This document shows positions 18,003 to 27,698 of a stretch of 64,000 bases of DNA, in pieces. A model generated the notes under the pieces. That model saw only the letters and a program-made list of their open reading frames with translations, searched no databases and was not told the DNA's origin. The stretch's first letter is position 1; every line of letters starts with the position of its first letter. The DNA is taken from assembly GCA_038208115.1 (NCBI GenBank), contig JBBQZC010000001.1, forward strand, positions 13,977-77,976, in the 5' to 3' direction. The position numbers and the translations under genes were made by a program. This DNA is from Candidatus Moraniibacteriota bacterium (GTDB lineage Bacteria; Patescibacteriota; Minisyncoccia; Moranbacterales; GCA-2747515).

Positions 18003-20624
18003 CTAGATTGAGGGATTATTTTTCTTTGGAAAAAACGACCAGTCTATAGCGAGATAAAAAGCAACTATAGCCATTAGCCAAATCCAGAATGGTAGTCTAT
18101 CAGATGACTGCAGCTCACTGTCAACGATCGCATTTAGATATTCATTCGGTTTTGACTGGAGATCTTCCAGAGTAACAGGTAATTCTGCAGCATCAGCGAA
18201 GTTGATTAGGCTTGCATAGCCCAAAATTGTAAGTGCATTATAGTCTTTGTTGCTTTCCACTTTTTCTCCATATCCATCTTCACCCTTCGCATTGGTTGCA
18301 TATGCAATATCTGTCTTTTTTCCTGGATTATTCACTGAAAGTTCGTATTTAATCAAAATTTTATCACCCTTTTCCATACTGCCGATCTGCCAGGAATACG
18401 CAACTAATTCTGTATTGTTTTCATCAAGCATTTTGTCTTTGACTAAAATATTATAGATTGTACTATCTCCTGTATTTTCTACGATGATGGTGTTTTGGAT
18501 ATTATCACCAGGTATCACTGAAGCGCCAGCACTACTAATCCTCTTGATGTCAATCTCTGAATCCACATCTTCATCATCATACATAAATTCATCCCCATCA
18601 GATATACTATCAGCAGCAGCATCGTCAGCTACTTCATCGTATTGGTGTATCACCGATGTATCATCCGTAGCGTGATTATTATCTAATTTTACTTCTTTGG
18701 TCGCTGTCGAGATTTCCGCCACAACATGCATACGACTCTCCACATTTTCTGTTTTTTTAACTTTTGCATGAACGATGAGTGTTTTTTCTTCTCCTGCTTT
18801 CATCCCTGGCAAATCCCACGACGTTTGATCTGCCGATATTTCATCAGGCAATGTGAGATCAATCGTGGTCGCCTCACAATCAGCCTGTCCCGCGTTTTTA
18901 TACTGAATCGTATAATCGATGGCCTGTTCTGGTGACACCTGATCCAATCCATCGTCGATAGAAATAGTGAGGTCAGGATAGGCAAATTCGATATCTCCTT
19001 GCCAATGACCCATATTATTCACGACTCCAAAAAACCAATTATCACCAATGATATTGGTATTGATCATATTGAATATATTGGTAACAGCCGAGGCATTTCC
19101 GGTCGTGATATTTCCGCCTGCATTATTACCTCCTGTAAGTGCTGTTGTCTCCACGGTATTATCCACGTGTGCATGATTATTATTGTACACAGTGAGTGCT
19201 CCTACAGGAGATGCGTCGATGGACTCATGACTATCGATATCATACGCCAAGACATCACTCAAATTATCATTACCCCAATTCAAAAGCGTTCCATTCCAAC
19301 TCCCCATATTATTTACCAAGAGCAAAAACCAGTTATTTTTAATGATATTTGTATTGATGACATTTACCACATTCGTTGCAGAGATCGCATCACCAGTCTG
19401 AATGGTCGTAGAGTATGCAGAAGAGTTATTTCCTGTATCAGCTGTTGTCACCATGGTATTATCTACATGTGCATCGTTCTCATTGACAATCACCGTGTCA
19501 CGGAATACACGTGGAGATCTTGTCGTAAGCAATCCCTGACCCGGCACAATCAGATCTCCGATCCAATTCCCAAAAATATTTACATTTGCGAAAAGCCAGT
19601 TTTCACCTATGATATTTGTATTGACATGATTGACAATATCAGTGATAGCGGTCGCACTGCCAGTATTCACATCCACATCGCCTATCAATTCATTTGCGCC
19701 AGTAATTGCTTCTGTTATCACATTGTTTGTTAATTCAGCATTATTTATATTTGTAATCGCCGCACTGATGACATTGCTTCGGTCCTGTGCATCAGAAATA
19801 ATGTGGTGAAAAATTTCGAGAAGATTAATATCACTGACATAATCACCATAAATGTCTATGTTCAGATAATCCCCATTTTGCGTGATCACATTTGTATTAA
19901 TATCATTATTGACAATCGTCACACTCGCAGCATCTCCTGTTTCTACTTGTACAGCCTCATCTGCCTGAACCTGATTATGTGCATCATTGTCTACTATTTG
20001 GTCATACTGTTCATTTTGGCCAGTATTTGCAATTGTCTCTCCATCATTTGAGATCACAGCGTCGTTCACATTTTCAATCAGTACTTCTGGACAAGTTTCA
20101 GGACATATTACAGTCTCTTCACTATCGTCATACTCCTCACCATTTTTTTCATCATTTTCTGGATTAACCTCTCTAGGACACGCGCACGCATCGACGATAT
20201 TTTCTCCGGCAGGCATTGTTTGCACTGACTCTCCAGCAAGAGTAGCCTTATCCAACACATTTTCAGACACATTTACATCTGTCGTCAACGCACTAGCTGG
20301 ATTTGATTCATTTTGCTCTATAGAAGACACCGCTTGTGCAGTCGATTCCGACATAGAAGGATTTTTATCTGCATCATCTGTTTTTATGTCATCTTCATGA
20401 TCATTAGCTGTATCATCCTGTGCAGTTATGTCAACTTCCTCACTTTCAGATTTTTCCTCTGCTTTTTTATCACGTGAATCATCTGCGATTACATCTTCCT
20501 TTGCCTCATTCGTTATTGCAGTCTCTTCGGCATGTACGTAAAAAACAGGACAAAGCTGTCCGCATATTAAAAAAAATATCATAAAATGAGCAAGTATTTT
20601 GGGAAAGCGTCTTTTTTTCATCAT
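18003..20624 (-). CDS. Large secreted, membrane-anchored protein: acidic linker, four N/T/G-rich repeats, two DUF11-like Ig domains, C-terminal TM
   Basis: Signal peptide; four repeats of N.N.A...N.....A.TG.N...(I/V).TG.A......N..NTN(I/V)I; DLTISI..YTIQYKNAG and NTIIVENTG Ig-like motifs; C-terminal FWIWLMAIVAFYLAI. ORF track start 20666. Confidence 0.8.
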   Translation of the reverse strand: MMKKRRFPKILAHFMIFFLICGQLCPVFYVHAEETAITNEAKEDVIADDSRDKKAEEKSESEEVDITAQDDTANDHEDDIKTDDADKNPSMSESTAQAVSSIEQNESNPASALTTDVNVSENVLDKATLAGESVQTMPAGENIVDACACPREVNPENDEKNGEEYDDSEETVICPETCPEVLIENVNDAVISNDGETIANTGQNEQYDQIVDNDAHNQVQADEAVQVETGDAASVTIVNNDINTNVITQNGDYLNIDIYGDYVSDINLLEIFHHIISDAQDRSNVISAAITNINNAELTNNVITEAITGANELIGDVDVNTGSATAITDIVNHVNTNIIGENWLFANVNIFGNWIGDLIVPGQGLLTTRSPRVFRDTVIVNENDAHVDNTMVTTADTGNNSSAYSTTIQTGDAISATNVVNVINTNIIKNNWFLLLVNNMGSWNGTLLNWGNDNLSDVLAYDIDSHESIDASPVGALTVYNNNHAHVDNTVETTALTGGNNAGGNITTGNASAVTNIFNMINTNIIGDNWFFGVVNNMGHWQGDIEFAYPDLTISIDDGLDQVSPEQAIDYTIQYKNAGQADCEATTIDLTLPDEISADQTSWDLPGMKAGEEKTLIVHAKVKKTENVESRMHVVAEISTATKEVKLDNNHATDDTSVIHQYDEVADDAAADSISDGDEFMYDDEDVDSEIDIKRISSAGASVIPGDNIQNTIIVENTGDSTIYNILVKDKMLDENNTELVAYSWQIGSMEKGDKILIKYELSVNNPGKKTDIAYATNAKGEDGYGEKVESNKDYNALTILGYASLINFADAAELPVTLEDLQSKPNEYLNAIVDSELQSSDRLPFWIWLMAIVAFYLAIDWSFFPKKNNPSI

Positions 20625-20997
20625 ATATTTATTACCACGTGTTCGGCTAATTATACGTATTTTCACATTTTTTTAAAAAAAGTATCTGATTTTTTCTTTC
20701 TTATGATGATACTTTGTATTTCGCATCGCGAATTGAAATACTGTTAGTTTTTTTATTTTGATATTTATTTTCAACAATCACATCGATCAGAATATCCACA
20801 CACGTGCACCAGAAATATTATTATTTTGGATACTCGTAGGAACATGTATTCATATTATGACCGAATCATCCGCTTTTTTATAAAATCTTATTGATTAAGT
20901 ATTTTTAACAAATTGAAACATGAAATCTTTTTTTATGATGACACGTCCACCACTAATGCAATGAAAAAATTATAATGATTTCTTTCTTTTAGGCTTA

Positions 20998-21027
20998 TAG
21001 GAGAAGACCGATATCAATCTTCTCCTA
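20998..21027 (-). terminator. Stem-loop after the small repeat-protein gene
   Basis: TAGGAGAAGA-N10-TCTTCTCCTA. Confidence 0.55.
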
Positions 21028-21053
21028 CACCTAACGAAAGTCAACTTACTCGC

Positions 21054-21584
21054 TTATTTGTTGATTGTAATATTGGAGGTACCTACGACATTCGTAAGAA
21101 GCATTTGTGCACCAGCGTAACCTGTCGTGACACTTCCTTTACCAATTTTGTTCTTTCCGGTATTAGCAGCAGTGATAACCATATTACCAATATTAGCATT
21201 GCTAGTGGTATTGATAGATACAGCACCTTGTGCAGGCATTGTGACTTTTATGGTTGCATCACCAGCGCCATTTCCCACTTCTGCCATAGCCTCAGCGTTA
21301 CCAGTAGTAATTGAGCCAGCTGAACTAGGATGATTATCATGACTGCGAGAATCCATCGTTTGCCCGCCTTTGGACAAATTTAACCCAGTATTACTAAGAG
21401 TCATAATTTTATTGGCAATAGTAGCATTGCTTGTGGTCGTAAGAGTCAAACTTGGACAACATGTGTTTTCACAATTGTTGCAATTGTGATCATCATGTCC
21501 CATTGTTGGAGCTTTAGCGAAAACTACGTTTGCTGTCAAAGCGAAAGCGAAAGTTGCTACTCCAAAGATTATTAATTTTTTCAT
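21054..21584 (-). CDS. Small secreted protein with two N/T/G-rich repeats and an N-terminal Cys cluster
   Basis: Sec signal peptide, CNNCENTCCP, two repeats TTSNA.I.N......NTG.N...(I/V)TTG.A.A; strong SD AGAAAGGAAGGTG. Confidence 0.82.
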   Translation of the reverse strand: MKKLIIFGVATFAFALTANVVFAKAPTMGHDDHNCNNCENTCCPSLTLTTTSNATIANKIMTLSNTGLNLSKGGQTMDSRSHDNHPSSAGSITTGNAEAMAEVGNGAGDATIKVTMPAQGAVSINTTSNANIGNMVITAANTGKNKIGKGSVTTGYAGAQMLLTNVVGTSNITINK

Positions 21585-21903
21585 GCGTGTTTCACCTTCC
21601 TTTCTAGCTTAATCTGTTGAATAGACTTAAATTGATCCAACAGATTTGATATTACCAGCTGAGAGTTTCATGAACGCTTCAGCTGATCTTGACTTTTTAT
21701 GTGTCTACAAATTAAGTGCGGATGCACCAATCGTGATTTGTACATTCGTACGCAATTCACCCGTTTGCCTTTTGGGACAGGCAATTTGTAGAAAAAAAGC
21801 CAATTGCATCACACCAACCGACGTTGATAGTATGCAATTGACTTACAAAATTCAATTTGTATCTAGAAATAGACATTTCACCCGTACTTAATTTTTACGA
21901 AAT

Positions 21904-22043
21904 AAAAAAACCGACTTATATCAAAAAACTCCTGTTTTTTGAATTAAGCCGGTTTTGCCATTTGACTCCCCACATGCTCGTTAGCAACCAATAAAGTTTC
22001 TCATCTCTTTAGAAACCCATGCATGTAGATCAACATCTCTTAA
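21904..22043 (-). promoter_or_regulatory. c-di-GMP-II-like riboswitch copy 4 with terminator
   Basis: AAGAGAUGUUGAU-CUACAUGC...UUGGUUGCU...GCAUGUGG-GGAGUCAAAUGGCAAAACCGGCUUA; terminator ending UAAGUCGGUUUUUUU; TATACT at 22075-22080. Confidence 0.8.
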
Positions 22044-22401
22044 ATATATTCGATTTTAAATTCAACTTTATTGAAGTATACCATTTTCAAAAAATCGCAC
22101 AAGTTGAGTTATCCACAGTCCCCTCCATTTTAAAAAATACTCACTATAGAACTCTTTTATCAAAATCTCATACTACACATATGTAACTACGAAAAAATAT
22201 AAAAACCATTCCCATGCGCGAGACTGTTTTTTTTAAACATACAGTGTGACGAAAATTTATGAGAAATGCACTTTCTGCGTCTCCCACCAGGTAGTAGATG
22301 ACTATATTGTCATTTATTGGTTCTCATGATAAATTAAGTGCATATCGATTAGTTCTTTGCACCATTCAACTATCCACACAACAAGAAAAGGAGTCGTATT
22401 T

Positions 22402-22875
22402 ATGGATATCAAGATTCGCATAGGCAAAACTCGTATCGTTGTTATCTGTGGATCCTTCGCATATAAGATCGTCCGTTTTCGCTTATATGACCTGCTGTGT
22501 AAATGGGTAAAACTGGAATATGAAAAGAGAAAATATGATAACAAAACCGCATATGTCAACGTAAAAAGACATACGCGAAAGCAACTTATAACAGATATGC
22601 TCATTGCATGTTTTCGCGCCAACTACACAGAACATGAACATTGGCGCAGATGTCCTAATGCAGACAAATTCGTACCAACACTTTTTACATTCTTCTATCT
22701 CATCAACATTCAAGAACGCGATGAGGTAGCACGAGATTATTCCAACAAGTTCATATCTTCCGCACACAATCGAAAATGTGGCGACTACTTACTGGGAGAT
22801 GACAGTTTACACATCGACAATTTTACAGTTGCAGGGAGACTACTTGATTATGGAGGAGTGCCTCTCGAACCGTAA
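22402..22875 (+). CDS. Hypothetical protein with kinase-like motifs
   Basis: SD AAGGAG; GKTRIV..AYK, N..E, DSLHIDNF...LLDYG; terminator near 22903-22942. Confidence 0.55.
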   Translation: MDIKIRIGKTRIVVICGSFAYKIVRFRLYDLLCKWVKLEYEKRKYDNKTAYVNVKRHTRKQLITDMLIACFRANYTEHEHWRRCPNADKFVPTLFTFFYLINIQERDEVARDYSNKFISSAHNRKCGDYLLGDDSLHIDNFTVAGRLLDYGGVPLEP

Positions 22876-23112
22876 GATGCATATGACCATTTCACTAAAG
22901 CACAAACCTGTTTGGACGATTGTCCAGACAGGTTATTTTTTTCTTACATTATTGCTATTATATGCCTTTCACGCACACCGTGTATACTACCATATTTTTC
23001 ATCTATCCTGACATTTTACTTAACATTTATCTTCATTTTTTGTCCGTTGTATTGTAGCAAAATAAAAAAGTCGTCACATTGAAAATATTACACTCTCAAT
23101 GGACGACTCGCG

Positions 23113-23559
23113 TTATGTCTCTGTTTGATGGTTGATCAAACATAACAATATTTCTGCAATCACTTCATTATACGAATCGGTGACACCACAGACTGAAACC
23201 ATGCATCCCAGTCGATAAACTGCAGTAGCAGAAGGATGTATGTGATTATGTGTTTTTGACAAAGGCAAAAGATTAGCAGTTGTTACTCCGAGTTCTCTCA
23301 CTTTTTGTTTAAGATGCATAAGTGCATCATGTGCAGAATTCTGGCACTGTGCTGATGTCCCCCATACAGTCTCCCAATCACGATGATCTGAATTTTGTCC
23401 AAAATTAGCGACAAATACAGCATCAGTGTCCGCAGATGTGGCCAACGTCGATACAAACGACGGTCCCCATATTGCTTCCGGCTCATCCAATATTCTCAAA
23501 ATGGTTGGCGATGCCAATTTCACTGCTTTGTCCAGCATTTCCTTAGTCAATACCTTCAT
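23113..23559 (-). CDS. Hypothetical protein (weakly GlcG-like)
   Basis: SD GGGAG; LTKEMLDKAV...VSVCGV..YNEVIA. Confidence 0.55.
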   Translation of the reverse strand: MKVLTKEMLDKAVKLASPTILRILDEPEAIWGPSFVSTLATSADTDAVFVANFGQNSDHRDWETVWGTSAQCQNSAHDALMHLKQKVRELGVTTANLLPLSKTHNHIHPSATAVYRLGCMVSVCGVTDSYNEVIAEILLCLINHQTET

Positions 23560-23723
23560 GTGTCTTTCTCCCTATGGATTTTTTGCAATCATTTCGACTC
23601 TTCTCAATAAACTATTAATTAAAAATGGATAATCATAGCACATCACTCTGTCAATTTTATCAAAATTTTTAAATAAATAACCGCTAATAGTTGCATTTCT
23701 ATCAACGGTTACTCCACGATATA

Positions 23724-24353
23724 TCATTTCATGAGGCTAATCTCATAAAGCATTAATGGATCACCATGGTTTTGTCTTTCAACTTCAAAACAAAACGGCT
23801 TTTCGTTTTCCAAAAGAAAATGCAAATACCATTCCAAATCTCTTCTCCCTGAACGAAATTCTGGTGCTGGCAATACACCTCTTGCAGAAATTTTTTTGCA
23901 GACCACAAATGGCGTTATTGTCTCAATGATCATCATATCGACTGAATCTCGAAGATTTCTACGCAAAACGTGCACGAGATCCGTCACACTTAGACACACC
24001 TTCTCATGCAAATCAAAATATTTTGAACGCCAAGAATCATCCTTGATTTCTTCCGCAGTGATGGTGATTACGCATCTGCAGTGATTGGTGAAAATAATTA
24101 AATTCTGATGAATTTTTAAAGAATGAAATAAAGAGAGAATTCTAAGCGCTGATGCGAGATCCGGAGAAATAATATTGATATATGGATCTAAGTTCATTTC
24201 GCCATCAGGCAAATTTATCCGATTCATAGACTCTGGCAACGCAGAAATATAAAGGTTCTTTACTCCGATATTTTTTAAACCCTCCCTAATAAGAACTATA
24301 ATACTTTTACTTTCGTCACCATAACCGAGCACACCTATTCTGACTACGGACAT
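23724..24353 (-). CDS. Hypothetical protein
   Basis: 209-aa ORF with SD GAGGAG. Confidence 0.6.
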   Translation of the reverse strand: MSVVRIGVLGYGDESKSIIVLIREGLKNIGVKNLYISALPESMNRINLPDGEMNLDPYINIISPDLASALRILSLFHSLKIHQNLIIFTNHCRCVITITAEEIKDDSWRSKYFDLHEKVCLSVTDLVHVLRRNLRDSVDMMIIETITPFVVCKKISARGVLPAPEFRSGRRDLEWYLHFLLENEKPFCFEVERQNHGDPLMLYEISLMK

Positions 24354-24773
24354 AGTCTTCTCCTCGTAAATTGATGTGAAAAATTAAATGGATGCATCCC
24401 AAAGAACATCTATAATGCGTACTATATACACTATATTAATTATTCACTATACTTTGTTTTCAAACTTTTGTCAATCAAATCTGCTCCAACTCCATTCTGA
24501 AGTGCAATTTTCTTTTCTATCAAAAAACACTTCGTAACTGTTTTTTTGGGTGGGGGGATGATATTATAGTATGATATAGCTACCACATTTGGATATGAAC
24601 AACTAAAAAATGAAGTAAATCTATATTGCAGATATTTTGTCATCACAACGTTCATTACTTTTTTATAATATTCTTTTATTGAAACATTATAGCTCAATTT
24701 CATCACTCGCTTCACATCTACAAAAAATTAAAAGTCAATCCCATAAATTCTGGGATTGACCTCTTTCTGCTTT

Positions 24774-25391
24774 TTACATCTGTGGACATACGGCAGTTTT
24801 CCACCAATTTGTGATGGCAGCATCATATGCGGCAGTAAGATCAAATACTTTTCCCGCCAGATAAAACCGCGTCTGTAATGTCGTGTTACCCGTTTTGCGG
24901 ATTTCTGCCAATACTTGTGGGTAATCCGCCGGATCTACAATGACTGTAACATCATGGAAATTTTTGGCAGCTGCACGTATCATACCCGGCCCTCCGATAT
25001 CGATGTTTTCGATAGCATCAGCAACCGAGCATTTCGGATTTGCGATAGTCTTTTCAAAAGCATACAGATTTACGAGGACGAGATCGATGTTCTTCAAATC
25101 ATGCGCAGCACATTCATCCTGATGCTTGAGATTGCTACGCTGGTTCAAGATGCCGCCATGCACTTTGGGATGCATGGTCTTGACCCGACCATCCAGCATT
25201 TCTGGAAAACCCGTGAACTCCGCGACGTCCATGACGGTCACGCCACTTTCCCGCAATTTATTTGCAGTGCCACCGGTTGACAGGATTTGGATTTTCATAT
25301 GTGCCAATTCTCTGGCAAAATCTTCAATACCAGATTTATCTGTCAAGCTGATAAGCGCCCGTTCGATTGGCCTGATGAGATGTGCTTGCAT
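24774..25391 (-). CDS. purH: Stand-alone IMP cyclohydrolase (N-terminal domain of PurH)
   Basis: RALISLTDKSG, STGGT, GRVKTMHPKVHGG, VNLYAF, IDIGGP..IRAAAKN; ends before the AICAR transformylase domain; SD AAGGAG; terminator near 24733-24761. Confidence 0.85.
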   Translation of the reverse strand: MQAHLIRPIERALISLTDKSGIEDFARELAHMKIQILSTGGTANKLRESGVTVMDVAEFTGFPEMLDGRVKTMHPKVHGGILNQRSNLKHQDECAAHDLKNIDLVLVNLYAFEKTIANPKCSVADAIENIDIGGPGMIRAAAKNFHDVTVIVDPADYPQVLAEIRKTGNTTLQTRFYLAGKVFDLTAAYDAAITNWWKTAVCPQM

Positions 25392-25609
25392 TATGTACTC
25401 CTTTCTTTCTATTCCTGACAATAAAAAGCTTTATGTGATCGATTGCGCAATCAGGTGCGCACATGAAACTATCCCTTTTTCAAATAACAACGATTCTTTA
25501 ATATATCGCAAAAATAGGTTAATTGTCAATAAAAAATTAACTGAATTTTAATCACATAAATAAAAAGCATCTCATCACGAACTCGCGAAAAGATGCTCCA
25601 TCCTCGTCA

Positions 25610-26089
25610 TCAATAAGACGATGTCTGCCACTCTACCACTCGCGTGCCATGATTATTTACACACACACGAATAATCACGTAAATCGGCGAGAGACTCTTA
25701 TCTCTGTACTTTCTTACGACTGCCGTGCAGACTGGCAAGAGAATAAAGTATCGAGAAATATGTATTTGCATCCGTGTACCATTTTTTTCATAAGATGGCA
25801 CAGCATCATATAGAAAAACTGGTGTTTTTCTCATCGAGCGACTTGGGCATGAGATCTGCGACAACGAGATGCTCCTTACCACCGTAGCCTTTTTTGGCAG
25901 AGCGCCAAAAAGCAAATCTCCATCAAAGACTACAAGTGCCCTTTGCTCACGTTCATCCAGAGGAATACGATATTCACCTGAGAGTTCATCGGGAAAACTG
26001 ACAGAAACGCTTTTTGCATCGTTCCTATGTACATCCAATGTTCCGACAGATTTTTCATGACGATAATGGTAGATCTTTTCTGACATCAA
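25610..26089 (-). CDS. Hypothetical protein
   Basis: 159-aa ORF with SD GAGGAGG. Confidence 0.6.
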   Translation of the reverse strand: MMSEKIYHYRHEKSVGTLDVHRNDAKSVSVSFPDELSGEYRIPLDEREQRALVVFDGDLLFGALPKKATVVRSISLSQISCPSRSMRKTPVFLYDAVPSYEKNGTRMQIHISRYFILLPVCTAVVRKYRDKSLSPIYVIIRVCVNNHGTRVVEWQTSSY

Positions 26090-26195
26090 TAGTCCTCCTC
26101 AAATAAAATAGTGTAATAGCAAAATAGATTTCAACACAAAGAACATGAACAAAGCATTTTATCTCTCTTTTTACATCATGTCAATAACACGATCC

Positions 26196-27251
26196 TCAAC
26201 TCAAAACTCGCAACAATGTCCTCCCACACCAAGGAATCTTGACCATAAGAACGACAAAATAAAATAATATATTGCGAAATGGTCCTGAAAGTATCACGAC
26301 AAGCAATAACAATTCATGTATTCTTTTTTAATGGATTATATCCGCGATCGATTGACTTTTATATTGATCATTGCAAATCGTCTGTGCCACTTCATCACCA
26401 AACACCAATGCTTGATAAATCCCCTCTCCAGTAAAGCCTGAGGTTATACCCGCTGCATCACCAATCAAAAAAACGTTGTCAAAATGATATCCACGATAAT
26501 CACAATTGATTGGATGTGCTTCCATCGGAATATTATCAACGATGATGTTCTCTTTCTGAAGCCACATGTTAAATTTATCCATTGATTTTTTTGCTGACAA
26601 GATTTTTGGAAAATACCCTGTACCAATCGATGTCCTCTGTGCATACGGAAAAATCCATGCATACCATGAATGAAATAATCGCGTATCAAAGATGATTTCG
26701 ATATCTTTAAATTCTTTATAAGAAGTCGGTATAATATATTGATATGCCACACCAAATCTATCAGTAGCAATATTCAAAAATTTCCGCACGATTGAATGCG
26801 ACCCGTCGGCACCGACTAAATGATTATAGTAAATCTTATGCAAACCTTGTATGACAATATGATCGTTTGCAATACTGGTAACAGTTGTCCCAGAGCTTAC
26901 CGTCACATTTTTCATATCATCCAATTTGTGCAATTGCCATTGTCCCAGATTTTTACGGTCGATTGTATAGAGAAACACACCACCAAAATTGATACGCGTC
27001 ACAAATGATCCAATGCGAAACACGATGTTATCAAAAGTATTTTCTATGATTTGATCAGGCATTCCGATACTTTGCAAATAAACAATCGCTTTCCGTGTCA
27101 ACCCACCTGCGCAAATCTTGGGACCAATAAGGTCTTTTTTTTCAAGGATTAGGACACTTTTACCCGCATTGCCGAGCACCTCCGCACAACGCAAGCCACC
27201 TGGCCCAGCCCCCACGATCACCACATCATATTTTTCTTTGTATAACATCAC
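26196..27251 (-). pseudogene. Geranylgeranyl-reductase-family FAD oxidoreductase with internal TAA at 26328-26330
   Basis: GAGPGG, KICAGG, VGADG, YAWIFP, IGDAAG...TGEGI; the frame continues 43 codons past the TAA to TGA at 26196-26198. Confidence 0.7.
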
Positions 27252-27424
27252 AAGGATAGCACTAAATTTATATTAAAAAATACTACATATAATCAGTAAT
27301 ATATTTTAATTCTACACAATAATCCCCTAAAATACAATTTCCACTCATGAAATACCAAAAATACAGATGACATGTGGTAGATGACAGTGTCGTATTACAG
27401 AAATAATATGGATATCTCTGGCAA

Positions 27425-27664
27425 TTAACGGAGTGCTCTGACAATTGCAATCAAAATGACTGCGCCAAGCAAAGCAACGAGAAAGCTATAAAAATTAAAC
27501 CCTGTTACACCAGTTTTGCCAAATATGCTCATGACATAGCCACCAATGACCGATCCTATAATCCCTACGATAATATCAAGAATAAGCCCTTCATTTGTAC
27601 CCATGATCATGGATGCGACCCACCCTACAATGGCACCAAATGCGATCCAAATAATGATTTCCAT
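27425..27664 (-). CDS. GlsB/YeaQ/YmgE (transglycosylase-associated) membrane protein
   Basis: IIWIAFGAIVGWVAS...DIIVGIIGSVIGG...ALLGAVIL. Confidence 0.9.
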   Translation of the reverse strand: MEIIIWIAFGAIVGWVASMIMGTNEGLILDIIVGIIGSVIGGYVMSIFGKTGVTGFNFYSFLVALLGAVILIAIVRALR

Positions 27665-27698
27665 AGTTTTAGTTGTTAATATTTAATTGAACTGCAGT

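Noticed and set aside
21646-21891. 81-aa plus-strand ORF
   Set aside because: Antisense to the structured leader of the repeat-protein gene.
1404-22043. Riboswitch repeats read as CRISPR, MITE/REP or IS ends
   Set aside because: Dispersed, all in 5' leaders in the gene's orientation, with covarying stems and no spacers, terminal inverted repeats or target duplications.
24395-26150. boxA-like TGTTCTTTG upstream of orphan genes (about 24400 and 26140)
   Set aside because: Short motif in AT-rich DNA; cannot be told from chance without genome-wide statistics.
26328-26330. Stop-codon reassignment (e.g. code 25) explaining internal stops
   Set aside because: Conserved genes end normally at TAA, TAG or TGA and are uninterrupted; this TAA is isolated.
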